A stretch of DNA of 64,000 nt from an uncultured Clostridia bacterium (GTDB lineage: Bacteria > Bacillota > Clostridia > Christensenellales > Borkfalkiaceae). The translations under genes were made by a program, and so were the position numbers. Each line of letters begins with the position of its first letter. Position 1 is the first letter of the stretch. The notes beneath the pieces are model-generated. The model made no database searches. It was not told the DNA's origin and saw only the letters and a list, made by a program, of their open reading frames with translations. Shown here in pieces: positions 14,983-25,500 of the stretch. The DNA lies in assembly GCA_964594955.1 (NCBI GenBank), contig CAZQNK010000002.1, positions 13,037 through 77,036 on the forward strand, in the 5' to 3' direction.

Positions 14983-16282
14983 TTTTGTCCTCCCCGCCTT
15001 GCCTGTAAAGATAACAGGAAACGCTGTGAGTATCGCTTACCTTGATAAGTTCGGGGTATTTGCCCGCACATTCGGGCTTACACATTTCGCATCTGTCGCG
15101 GAAATAGCAATAATCGGGCATATCCACGGGGTTAGGAACGAACCCCGGTATACAGTACAGCGAATCTACCTCGCCGTCTACGGTGGGTTTGCTCTTTTGC
15201 AGACCTATCGTATAGGGGTGCATGGGGCGGTCGTAAATATCTTCAGCCGTACCCATTTCTATAATTCTGCCCGCGTACATGACCACTACGTAATCGGCCA
15301 TCTCTGCAACAACGCCCAAATCGTGCGTTATAAGCATTATACTGCCGTTGATTTTACCTTTAATGTCGCGCAGAAGGTCGAGTATCTGCGCCTGAATAGT
15401 CACGTCAAGCGCCGTTGTAGGCTCGTCCGCGACGATAAGTTTGGGATTGCACAAAAGCGCCATGGCTATCATGACCCTTTGGCGCATACCGCCCGAAAGC
15501 TCGTGCGGGTACTTTTTGTACACGCCTTCGGGGTCGGCTATGCCGACGAGGTTAAGCATTTCTATACTGCGCTCCTTTACGCGCTGTTTGGAAATGCCCT
15601 CTATATGAAGCTTGCCGACCTCGTCAAGCTGGTTGCCTATCGTAAATACGGGATTGAGGGAGGTCATAGGCTCCTGAAAGATCATTGCGATCTCCCTGCC
15701 GCGGATGGAACGCATAATTTCCGTGGGCATCTTGGCGATATCGACCACCTTCGTTTCCATTTCGTAAAGATTGCCGCCAAGCTCGTTTTTCTTTATGATA
15801 GGTTTGCCTTTTTCGTTCAGCTTGCGCCTTTCGACGCCGTCATCGCCTATTTCCGTTTCATATACGGGAATCTTCCTGCCGCGCCCGTCGCGCTTGAACA
15901 TATTGGAGCGGAAACGTATGCTTCCGCTTACTATCTGCCCGCTGGGCGCCTGAACGAGCTGCATGAGGGAGAGCGACGTCACGCTTTTGCCGCAACCGCT
16001 TTCACCGACGACGCCCACAGTTGAGCCTGCGGGGATATTGAACGTAACCCCGTCCACCGCCTTAACTACGCCCGCGTCCGAAAAGAAGTAAGTGTGCAGA
16101 TCGTCGAATTCGATAATGTTATTATCGTCCTTCATCTGCGTGACGTACTCGCTTTCGTCTGCTTTACGCTTTTTGTATTTTTCAAACTTTTTTATCGCCG
16201 CGGAATTTTCCTTGGCAATGCGTTTGGACTCTGAGCGGGTTATATAATGCTTTTTGTTCTCTTGTTTAAGTTTATCCGCCAT
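14975..16282 (-). CDS. oligopeptide/dipeptide-type ABC transporter ATP-binding protein (OppD-like) with an N-terminal extension and an internal insertion
   Basis: 435 aa. GESGCGKSVTSLSLMQL, LSGGMRQRVMIAMAL, LIVADEPTTALD, HPYTIGL. Extra features are a Lys-rich N-terminal extension of about 55 aa and an insert of about 50 aa (RFRSNMFKRDGRGRKIPVYETEIGDDGVERRKLNEKGKPIIKKNELGG...) before the Q-loop. Confidence 0.9.
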   Translation of the reverse strand: MADKLKQENKKHYITRSESKRIAKENSAAIKKFEKYKKRKADESEYVTQMKDDNNIIEFDDLHTYFFSDAGVVKAVDGVTFNIPAGSTVGVVGESGCGKSVTSLSLMQLVQAPSGQIVSGSIRFRSNMFKRDGRGRKIPVYETEIGDDGVERRKLNEKGKPIIKKNELGGNLYEMETKVVDIAKMPTEIMRSIRGREIAMIFQEPMTSLNPVFTIGNQLDEVGKLHIEGISKQRVKERSIEMLNLVGIADPEGVYKKYPHELSGGMRQRVMIAMALLCNPKLIVADEPTTALDVTIQAQILDLLRDIKGKINGSIMLITHDLGVVAEMADYVVVMYAGRIIEMGTAEDIYDRPMHPYTIGLQKSKPTVDGEVDSLYCIPGFVPNPVDMPDYCYFRDRCEMCKPECAGKYPELIKVSDTHSVSCYLYRQGGEDKND

Positions 16283-16285
16283 GTT

Positions 16286-17371
16286 CTACCTCTTCATTTT
16301 GGGGTCGAAGGCGTCCCTGAGCCCGTCGCCTACGAAATTGAACGCCAATACCGCAAGCGTAATGCAAATGCCCGCGCCCAGCCAGAAGTTGGGATAATAC
16401 TGCAAATTAGTCATACTGTTGGCAGTTTCTATCATGGTGCCCCAGGTGGCGGTGCCCAAAGGCGCGCCGAGATTGAGGTAACCTAACGTTGCTTCCATTA
16501 AAATTACGCTGCCCAAGCCCAACGTCATCGTAACGATAAGTTGGGGAACTACGTTGGGAATGAGATGCCTGAATATTTTAGAGGACGTGGACAGCCCCGA
16601 ACACTTGGCGGCGAGCATGAAATCCTGCTCCCTCAGGGAAAGAATTTGCCCGCGGACAAGCCGTGCCGTGCCTCCCCATCCCATTATCGCCATGATAAGC
16701 ATCATGTAGTACAGCTTATCGATAGTGGTGATGTTGTCGAATATCAGCGACAGTATCAACAGGATAGGCAACGTCGGTATACAGGCGAGAATATCCACTA
16801 TTCTCATTATAAGGTTATCCACCCAACCGCCGAAATAGCCCGAAAGCCCGCCGAAAATTATGCCCAGAAGCGTTTCCACGAGCACTACGACGAAACCTAT
16901 GGTAAGCGAAACCCTGCCGCCGTACATAAGCCGCGTAAAGATATCGTAGCCGTTGGAATCCGTACCCATCCAATGGTCCCAACTTATGCCGTCGTTTGCG
17001 TTGACTGTGGGATAAGTGAACGATACGGCATACGAAACGTGTTCCACGCCGTCGGAATCTGTATATTTTTCTATTTCCGTCATCACGAAAGTAGGCGTGA
17101 TATTTTCGGGATTCTTATCCGATTCTTTTTCTCCCCAAGGGGAAATAAAGGGACCCACGAAGCTGAACAAAAAGAGGGCGAGCAAAATTAAAAGCCCTAT
17201 GACCGACAGTTTTGAACGGAAGAAACGCTTTGCCACCGTGCGGCCGGGGGAGAGAACTTTGACCCTGTCCGTAAGGTTTTCGCCGTGCAGACCTTCGTTG
17301 AAGTTGTCGGGCTGCCCCAAAGCGCCGTCCGCGCCCGTTTCAACCGTGTTTTGCGATATTTGATCTTGCAT
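16286..17371 (-). CDS. ABC transporter permease (OppC/DppC-like)
   Basis: 361 aa. BPD-transport core: SLTIGFVVVLVETLLGIIFGGLSGYFGGWVDNLIMRIVDILACIPTLPILLIL, and the EAA-loop region FMLAAKCSGLSTSKIFRHLIPN. Confidence 0.9.
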   Translation of the reverse strand: MQDQISQNTVETGADGALGQPDNFNEGLHGENLTDRVKVLSPGRTVAKRFFRSKLSVIGLLILLALFLFSFVGPFISPWGEKESDKNPENITPTFVMTEIEKYTDSDGVEHVSYAVSFTYPTVNANDGISWDHWMGTDSNGYDIFTRLMYGGRVSLTIGFVVVLVETLLGIIFGGLSGYFGGWVDNLIMRIVDILACIPTLPILLILSLIFDNITTIDKLYYMMLIMAIMGWGGTARLVRGQILSLREQDFMLAAKCSGLSTSSKIFRHLIPNVVPQLIVTMTLGLGSVILMEATLGYLNLGAPLGTATWGTMIETANSMTNLQYYPNFWLGAGICITLAVLAFNFVGDGLRDAFDPKMKR

Positions 17372-17378
17372 ATGTCAC

Positions 17379-18374
17379 CTACTTTGTCAGTTTGACGCGC
17401 GGGTCTACGAGCGCGTAAGCCAAATCCGAAAGAAGAACGCCAATCACCGTAAGAATGGCCAAAAACATGTTATAGCCCATTATAAAAGGTATGTCGCCGT
17501 CTATCAGCGCGTTGTACGCCGTGCTGCCTATGCCGGGGAGATTGAACACCGTTTCCGTTATCATGGCTCCGCCGAAAAGCCCGGGCAAAGTTCCCGCAAG
17601 CAAGGTAACGAGGGGAATCATGGTATTGCGGAAAACGTGTTTATATACGACTTTCCCTTCCGAAAGCCCCTTTGCGCGCGCGGTGCGGATGTAATCCGCG
17701 GAGAGCACTTCCAGCGTGTTGGTGCGCATATATCTTACGATACTGCCTATGTTGAGAATTACGAGCACGAACATCGGGAGTATGAGATGCAACATCATAT
17801 CCCCGAACTTTGCAAACGTCCAGGACGCGTCGGCATAGTCCGACGAAAAGAGATTGCCCGAAGGAAGCCAGCCCAAATCCAGCGAAAACCACTTTATTAC
17901 AAGGTTGCCGAGGAAGAACGTGGGGAAGGATATGCCTATCATGACGAGCACCGTGACGGCGTAGTCGAGCTTGCCGTACTGGTTGCACGCGCACTTGATG
18001 CCGAGGGGAATGGCTATTATAAGTTCGAGAATGAGCGAAACGAAAGCTATGCCGAAAGATACGCCCATGTTTTCGAATATTATGTCCTCAACGGGTTGAC
18101 CGTACTTCCAGCTTACGCCGAGGTCGCCCTTGAAAACGTTGCCCAGCCAGGTGAAATAACCTTTTATTATCCCCCAGAAGCTGTTGTCGTCCAGACCGTA
18201 AATGGCAAGCCAGCGCTGCAAATCTTCTTCGGATCCGCCGATGGCGTGGGTCGACCAATATTTGTTCTCGACGAAGTTTGTCGGCATACACCTGACGAGG
18301 GTATAAAGTATCACCGATACTCCCAAAAGGATCAATACCGCGAGCAATAATCTTTTTATTACATACTTTACCAT
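17379..18374 (-). CDS. ABC transporter permease (OppB/DppB-like)
   Basis: 331 aa. MVKYVIKRLLLAVLILLGVSVILYTLV... and the EAA loop DYIRTARAKGLSEGKVVYKHVFRN. Confidence 0.9.
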   Translation of the reverse strand: MVKYVIKRLLLAVLILLGVSVILYTLVRCMPTNFVENKYWSTHAIGGSEEDLQRWLAIYGLDDNSFWGIIKGYFTWLGNVFKGDLGVSWKYGQPVEDIIFENMGVSFGIAFVSLILELIIAIPLGIKCACNQYGKLDYAVTVLVMIGISFPTFFLGNLVIKWFSLDLGWLPSGNLFSSDYADASWTFAKFGDMMLHLILPMFVLVILNIGSIVRYMRTNTLEVLSADYIRTARAKGLSEGKVVYKHVFRNTMIPLVTLLAGTLPGLFGGAMITETVFNLPGIGSTAYNALIDGDIPFIMGYNMFLAILTVIGVLLSDLAYALVDPRVKLTK

Positions 18375-18423
18375 TGGTAATTAAAACTCCCGTCATTCGG
18401 GCAAAAGCCCGAAATCAGTTAAA

Positions 18424-21021
18424 TCAGTTATAATCTATCTCCCAAATCCTGTCTATCAAAGAAGAATAACAGTTGGGGTTTTGGTTGAGCGAGCTTGCCT
18501 TTATTATTTTGCTGTTATAAACTTCGCAGTCCTTCCTCTGGTAGGTGGGCAGTTCGACGGCCAATTCCATGACGAGGTCAAGACATTTCGCATAATAATC
18601 CTTACGCGTGGACTGATCGTTTGTTTCCCTTGCATTATCGATATACCCGCTGAGCTCGGTTATAATGGAATACTCCGCGCTCCATTTTGTGGGATTTGCG
18701 AGAATTTCGGGATAGTTCCAGTTTTTGACGCTGCTCGCCGTGCTGTTCATATGGTAAGTCTGATACATATCGGGATCTATGGTTGACGTCCAGGCTGCCG
18801 CCCATACCGCCAGATTGCCCGAAGCGAGGTCTTTAAGCGCAGTAGAGCTTGTCTGAACGGTTATATCGAAGCCCGCCTGATTGAGAATTTCCGCCGCCTC
18901 GGAGAACATCTGGTACGCGGGGTGGTCGGAGGAGCTGCCCGCTATCGTAAACGTGAATTTACATGTAAGAGAACCGTTTGAGTAAACTCCCGTACTGGGG
19001 TTCTTTACGTAGCCTGCCTCTTCCATCTTTTGCTCAATTTCGGTGACGCTTGAAGTGTATTGGTAATACGCTTTTGCTCCTGAGGGATAAGCCCAGGAAA
19101 CGGAGCTCATCGGGCGGTATATTACCTCGGAATATTCTTTGGAATAATAATTGCGCGTGGGACTCGCAGTGTCTATCGCGCTCATTATCACGCGCCTTAC
19201 CGCGATATCGGAAACGAACTTGGGATTGATGCCGACGTAGCCGTAGCCGTTCGTCTTATACGTTGTATAGGTAAGGCTTGAGCTGTCCTTCAACTGGTTG
19301 ATATTTTCTACGGTAGCGTTGGGCATGCCGTAATGGATTGCACCTGTGAGGAGATTTGTAAGAACCAAATTGTCGCCCATTTCATTCAGTTTAAGGTATT
19401 TGATTTTGGCGTTCTGGATATTATCGCCCATCGTTTCGAAGTATTCGTTGCGCTCGTAGTTTACGAACTTATTGGCATAGAAACTGTTTGAATCGCCCTG
19501 CGCCTTGTACGCGCCCGCGCCCACGGGGAAGCGGTTTTTGGAGGTATCGGAGAGCACCTCCGTAAAGAACGTGCTGTTGCCACACTCTACGCCGAACTCG
19601 GTTATCTGATAGTCGCCTTTGGCGGCTTCGTATTTTTTGTAATCTGCTTCCGCCGCAGCGATATAGTCCTTACCGCCGAACGAGCCGGAATAATAATGCA
19701 GAGGGCAGACGGAGAAAGCGAAGTTCCATATGGCTTTGGGGTCTATGCCGTTTACCCTTATCGTAAGAACGTCGTACTCTTCGCCCAAAGATTTTCCGTC
19801 AAATTCGGTAACACGCGACGTAGTGACGCCCGAAATCGTCTTGACCAAAAGCTCGCCGTTGTTTTGCTCCTTCAATTCTTCGTAATACTTGGTTCTTTCT
19901 TCGCCCGTGAACTGTTCCAGCGCGGTACTCGCGGTGTTCCAATATTGGCAAATATCGGGTATTCCCTCTTCCGTTTTGATGGTATTGTCTTCGCCGTAGC
20001 CGCCCGTCTTAGCTTCCCAAATGTAATTGATGCAATAATCGCGGATAACGTATTCCCTTGCGACTTCGTCCGTTGCGCCATTTTTGGTATAGGCTTCCAA
20101 CGCCTCCTCTGTTACGGCCTCCTCTATATCCGCGGCGTAGTCGTATCCGCCCTCTTTATCGAGATCGGTTAGATATTTTCCATTCTCATCTTTGAGCTGG
20201 ACGATAGCGCCATTGTCGTTCGTTTCCGTCTGGATGCTTATGACGCCCTCGTTGAGATAGAAAGCCTGCCATGTTTCGGTAAAGTTGTATTCGTACGTTT
20301 CGTCACGGCTTTCAAAAGAGGACTGTATAGTAGTCCAGTCTGTCTGCAATTCTTCAAGGAACAGTTTTTTGACGGTTTCTATATCGGCAAGTATGGTGGC
20401 GGTTTGAGGAGTTTCGCCGCTGCAATAATTAATTATATTGGTTATTCTTTGCATACCGTTCGTAGAGAACGATGTCTTGGCGGTATCGTCGTCGCCAAGG
20501 TCGGGATCCTGATAGCGGTAAGCGTTGAGCCCCTGTATATCGTTGGAATAGAGGGTCGCCGAACCCGTATACGCCAGATCTATGTTCACATACAGACTGA
20601 AAAGAACGTCCATTATGGTCAGATCTTCCCCGTCGCTGAACTTCATTCCGTTCTTAATGAGGAACTTATATTCGCTGTATGCGGTGTTGCCGTTGGTGGC
20701 GGAGCTTTCGGCAAGCTCCTTGCCCGAATTGTCGTAGTATTTCAACGTATACTGCTTTACGACGGTGGGATAGTCCTCCCCGCATGCGATTTCGCCTTTC
20801 GAATTGGAAGCGAGCATGCCCGCCTGCGTCATGGAAATTACTGTGCCGTCGTTGCCCGAAGTATAGAAAAAGGGATTAAAGTTGGCGTCCAGCGCGCCTA
20901 TACTCATGGTAAGAGGGCGGCTTTCAGGATCGTATTCATGAACTTCGTTGTCCGAACACGCGGGCAATACCAGCGAGCACAGCATCATCGCCAAAACTCC
21001 CGCTTTTATAAATTTTTTCAT
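18424..21021 (-). CDS. family-5 (OppA-like) substrate-binding lipoprotein, unusually large
   Basis: 865 aa against about 540 aa for typical OppA. Lipobox LVLPA|C (Cys22). First gene of the permease/ATPase set, with SBP-5-like segments at both ends and large internal insertions. Confidence 0.75.
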   Translation of the reverse strand: MKKFIKAGVLAMMLCSLVLPACSDNEVHEYDPESRPLTMSIGALDANFNPFFYTSGNDGTVISMTQAGMLASNSKGEIACGEDYPTVVKQYTLKYYDNSGKELAESSATNGNTAYSEYKFLIKNGMKFSDGEDLTIMDVLFSLYVNIDLAYTGSATLYSNDIQGLNAYRYQDPDLGDDDTAKTSFSTNGMQRITNIINYCSGETPQTATILADIETVKKLFLEELQTDWTTIQSSFESRDETYEYNFTETWQAFYLNEGVISIQTETNDNGAIVQLKDENGKYLTDLDKEGGYDYAADIEEAVTEEALEAYTKNGATDEVAREYVIRDYCINYIWEAKTGGYGEDNTIKTEEGIPDICQYWNTASTALEQFTGEERTKYYEELKEQNNGELLVKTISGVTTSRVTEFDGKSLGEEYDVLTIRVNGIDPKAIWNFAFSVCPLHYYSGSFGGKDYIAAAEADYKKYEAAKGDYQITEFGVECGNSTFFTEVLSDTSKNRFPVGAGAYKAQGDSNSFYANKFVNYERNEYFETMGDNIQNAKIKYLKLNEMGDNLVLTNLLTGAIHYGMPNATVENINQLKDSSSLTYTTYKTNGYGYVGINPKFVSDIAVRRVIMSAIDTASPTRNYYSKEYSEVIYRPMSSVSWAYPSGAKAYYQYTSSVTEIEQKMEEAGYVKNPSTGVYSNGSLTCKFTFTIAGSSSDHPAYQMFSEAAEILNQAGFDITVQTSSTALKDLASGNLAVWAAAWTSTIDPDMYQTYHMNSTASSVKNWNYPEILANPTKWSAEYSIITELSGYIDNARETNDQSTRKDYYAKCLDLVMELAVELPTYQRKDCEVYNSKIIKASSLNQNPNCYSSLIDRIWEIDYN

Positions 21022-21056
21022 TTAATTGTCCTCCGATTATATTTATTGCAGAAAAA

Positions 21057-22583
21057 TCAATCTGCGTCTTTATCTGTAATTACCGTTTCAAGCTTGTTGG
21101 CGGGACCTATGTTCACGGTATAGCCGCTTACAGTAAGTCCTTGAAGCCATTCTTCGTCATTGTAGGAAACGTCGTATATCCAGCCGCTGTCGTCATAGCC
21201 TTCGTCCGTCTGTATCAAATTCAATATCCGCGAACTGTCGGAAATGGTTATGCTTAATTCGACGTTTTCTATACTGAAATTATCGAAAACGGGTTTGCAA
21301 CCGTCGTTTACCGAACCGAACAGAAGATAAATGTATACGTCTGCGTTAGGTCTTACGGTATAAGAAACATTCATGTCGACGATGGCAAGGTCGTGTATTT
21401 CCGCGCCATTTCTCAGCGTTCCGAAAATCGACGTTGTCGATCCATTGACAAGATTTTCGCCCGGGTTTATCGAAATATTTTTGATTTCAAAGCCGTTGCC
21501 CTCTATCCTGCCGCTGAAATTGAACATGGGCGCAAACGCATAAGTATCCGAGCAATCTATATCGTTTATAAAGTAATAGTTGCCGTTTCGCGTATTGAAC
21601 AGGGTTCTGAGATCCGACACGCCGCGCACTATAGTCCACTTGCCGCAAAGATATTCAACATACAGCGTCAAGTCGGTTTCACCCCTTTCAAAGGTCATGC
21701 CGTCGGCGGATTCCGTACAGTCTTTATCCGTATAGAATTTAAGCGCGGTCGCGTCCGTAACGCTTACGGAAGGCAATCCGTTTGCGTCGTTTACCGTAAT
21801 TTTTCCGCTTGTGCCGAAGTATTGCTTATAAAGAATTTCGCCCTCTTTGACGGTGTAATCTTCTTCGTCGTCGCCCCCGCTTACCGTGACGTAATTTTGA
21901 CCCGTTTCGTCAAGATCTTTTATCACGAGAACGTAATTTACGGCGATTGAAGGCGTCCACAGCGCCGCGACGTACAGATTGCCGCCGTCAAGAATATCGC
22001 TGTCCGTAAATTGTCTGTCGGTGCAAACGAGCGGAGGAACGGTTACGGCGTCGTCGGAATATTGGTTTCTCAAAACGACGTAAGCGTCGTAATCTTCACG
22101 GCTTACAAGCCATTCGCCGTCCCGATTGATAAAGCCGATAGTAACCGTTTCTGCCGAAGAAACGTATGTGTAACCGTACGTCCCGTCAGACTGTTTGTAT
22201 GCGCTCATATAACCGTCGTCGACGTCAAGCGCAAAGTACAGCTTTTCTTCCCCGTCGGCGGTCAGGGTCGTCTGTTTCACTTCATACCAACCCAAAAGCT
22301 CGTAATTTTCGCGTGTGATCAGATGACCCGTCTGGCTGGGGCTTTCTTTTTTTTCGATCTCGTAGAATCTGGTACCCGAAGTGTACAACATATCCGAACT
22401 TACGACATAACTGCTGTTGAAATAGCCGCCGTTGCCGTAGTAAGTTACAATCGTCGATATATTTCTCGAAGCAAGCTCCTCGTCATAGCTCGGAAAGCCG
22501 ATGGAACAACCCGCGCACAGACAGGCAATCATACCTATCGCAAGGATAACTATTAATTTTAACCTTGTTTTAGTCTTAATCAT
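21057..22583 (-). CDS. lipoprotein with one GLUG-array-like head unit, unknown function
   Basis: 508 aa. Lipobox LCAG|C (Cys26). FSGRIEGNGFEIKNISINPGENLVNGSTTSIFGTLRNGAEIHDLAIVDMNV parallels the first unit of the GLUG array in the 1451-aa protein. 6-nt gap from the upstream gene. Confidence 0.7.
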   Translation of the reverse strand: MIKTKTRLKLIVILAIGMIACLCAGCSIGFPSYDEELASRNISTIVTYYGNGGYFNSSYVVSSDMLYTSGTRFYEIEKKESPSQTGHLITRENYELLGWYEVKQTTLTADGEEKLYFALDVDDGYMSAYKQSDGTYGYTYVSSAETVTIGFINRDGEWLVSREDYDAYVVLRNQYSDDAVTVPPLVCTDRQFTDSDILDGGNLYVAALWTPSIAVNYVLVIKDLDETGQNYVTVSGGDDEEDYTVKEGEILYKQYFGTSGKITVNDANGLPSVSVTDATALKFYTDKDCTESADGMTFERGETDLTLYVEYLCGKWTIVRGVSDLRTLFNTRNGNYYFINDIDCSDTYAFAPMFNFSGRIEGNGFEIKNISINPGENLVNGSTTSIFGTLRNGAEIHDLAIVDMNVSYTVRPNADVYIYLLFGSVNDGCKPVFDNFSIENVELSITISDSSRILNLIQTDEGYDDSGWIYDVSYNDEEWLQGLTVSGYTVNIGPANKLETVITDKDAD

Positions 22584-22589
22584 ATAAGT

Positions 22590-25500
22590 TTAATCTCCCG
22601 AATTGTCGGATTGGTTGCCGCGGCTGTCCGCTTTTTTTGCTTTTCTGTAACATCTGATAAAAATCATTGCTCCGACTATCAAGAGCGCCGCCGCTCCTAT
22701 AAGAAGCCCGCCGCTGCTGCCGCAACCCGCGCCGCAACCGCTTTCCCCGTTATCCTCAGGGGGATTTTCGGGAGTTACGTCCTCATCGGTTACGGTTATA
22801 CCTATAAGCACGGTTCTACCGAGGTCGGGTATGGAAACGCGCACGCTGTTATAGAGTTCCGACAAAGCTTCGTCGTAAGAAGAATCGAGTATTACCTGCC
22901 CTTTGTCGGCGTAATAGATAACTTCGGAATAGTCGTCATAGGTAACTACGATTTTAAGCCCCGTCATATCGAAGTGTTCGCCGACTTTGTAAACGGATTT
23001 ATAACTTGACGTATCTGCCTCAAGCTTGGATACGCTCACCTTTATGCCGAACCTCTCCTTGACCGACGAAAGCGCGCTTTCGGTTTCGCTCAAAAGGTCT
23101 ATGCTTACGCCGCTTGCGGAAAGCTTAGCCTTGAGCAAATCCATCTGGGTGGAATCATTCTTCATGTTGTTGTAATTGAGGTGGGTGGCTTTAACCAATT
23201 CGGAAAACGCAGTAACTTCTGCGGTCAATTCGGGGGTTACCTCCGCCGTAGCCCAGGAGTTGATTTCGGCTACGGAGTACCAGCCGTCGCTTGTAAGGTT
23301 TTTAGCTACCGCCGCAGACGAAACGCTGAGCACTACGTCCGTGGTTGACGCTTTTCCGAAGTATATGCCGTAAATATAGTTAGTATAGCCCGATCCGTTT
23401 TCGGGATAGGTCATCTCAAGAGTGGAAGAAACTGCCGATATCTGATAGGAGTCGCCCGTATAGGCGTTATAGTATACATAAACGATATCCGAAGCGTAAT
23501 CTATAACCGCGCTGTCGAAATTAGTGTTGTACAGTCCTCTGAAAATGCTGCCCGCCGTGTTCGACATATACGTCATATAATAATAGAAATAATAGTCGGA
23601 TTCGTTTGAGGTATCGTAACTGATTTCCGCTTCGAGCGTGGGAGCCGTATAGCTTGTGAAATTATATTTGGTAACGCCGCTTGAATAGAACGCGCCCGCG
23701 CCTACGTTTGTAAGCTCATAGGGGAACGTTACCTGTTTGAGCGTTCCCGCCGTAAGGTTTGCAAACGCGTATGCGTCAATTCTCACCGTTCCGTCAAGCA
23801 CGGTATAGTTTGAAAGATTGAGAGCCGAGGGGTAAGACATTAATTCGTACCCGCCGTTGGCAAGTTTGCGGTAGAGCACGCCGTTGTCGTCGGTGAAATA
23901 ATCTGCATTTCCGTCCGCAACCGTAAACTTTACGAGGTTGCTTGCGTTTGCAAACACGCCTACGCCCATCGGAGAATAGGTGTATTCATAGCTTGTTGTA
24001 ATGGGCCTTGCGTATTTGGAAGACTCTACCGTCACCACCGTCTGCACGGTTGAAGAACCGAGCGTTGCGGGGATCGTGATTTCGGAAGCCGCATTGCCGT
24101 AGAAGGCGAAGTCGCCTATCGCCGTTGCGCCTGAAATATCTATGTTTTCAAGCGAAGAGCAGCCGTAGAACGCGTATGCGCCTATATTTTCTACTTTTTC
24201 AAGTCCCTTCACATTTTTAAGCGACGTGTTGTACCAGAACGCGTTGCTGCCTATGGTTTTGATATTGCTTAAATCAATGGATTCAAGCACGGTGCAGTAG
24301 ATAAACGCCATATCTCCGATTGCCGTCGTCTTTTTACCGAGCGTTACCGAAGTAAGACTGCCGAAAGGTTGCGTTTCATAATATTCATCGTAGGAATAGA
24401 ACGTATAGTTGCCCGTGACGGTTGCGTCTTCGCCGTAAGTTACGCTTTCGAGATTTACACAGCGGAAGAACGTGAAGTTACCCAGCTCATCAACCGACGG
24501 CAGAGCGACCGTCGTAAGCTTGTCGCAGCCGTAGAACGTTCCGTCGCCCATAGTAGTTATGTTATCCGCCAGAGAGATTTTTTCAAGCTCCGTGCAATAA
24601 GCAAACACATAACCGCCGAACGCCGCAGTTTTTGCGGGAGCATAATCAAACGAAGTCAAGGACGTTTCCGCAAAAGCATAGCTGCCGACCTCGGTCACGG
24701 AGGAGGGCAACGTTATAGAAGTTATCGCCGAAGCTTCAAACGCGCCGTCGCCTATCGTTTTCAGCGAACTGCCCGCGAAAGTTACGCTTGCAAGTTTGGA
24801 ACATTTATGGAACGCGCCCTCGCCTATTGAGGTTACGCCTGCGGGGATAGTAACGGAGGTAAGCCCCGTATTATAGAATGAATAATCGCCTATCGTTGTT
24901 ACGCCTGCGGGGATAGTAACGGAGGTAAGCGCCTTTTTGTTTGCAAAGGCATAATTGCCGATTTCCGTTACGGTATCCGCTATATTATACTCGGTCGCGT
25001 TTGAAAGCGCAAGTATAACTTTCGTCTTGTCTTTATTATACAATATATTTCCATCGATGACAAGAGCTTCAAGCCCATCTTTGAGAGTTAAATCGGATAT
25101 ACTGTTAAATGTTGAGCCGTTGAACGTTACTTCCGACAGGTCGCAGGTGACTTCGAGCGATTTTAAATCGCCGCCCGCAAACAGGTCGTCGCCCAGATAG
25201 CTGAGACCTTCGGGAAGGGTAAAGCTACTCATGTAGTTATTAGCGAACGCGCAGTCGCCTATGCTCTTAATAGTGACGCCGTCGTTAAACGTTACGGAGC
25301 TTAAATTGCCGACCTCCTTAGAGGCAAAGGCGTAGTTTCCGATAGTTCCGTTGGTTACGCCGTCGAAAGTTATGTTATATAATCCGGCGCAATCGTAGAA
25401 CGCATAATCGCCGACGCTTGCCGTCTTAATCACCACGTTGTCGACGGAATCGCACCCGTTGAACATGCCCGCGCCTATCGACGTAAATTCGCCCATGGTT

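Noticed and set aside
14948-16024. 358-aa plus-strand ORF opposite the OppD-like gene (similar cases at 16541-17191, 17637-18350, 20404-21123 and 19696-20172)
   Set aside because: The ABC motifs on the minus strand are unambiguous. The plus-strand products are His/Arg/Ala-rich and featureless.
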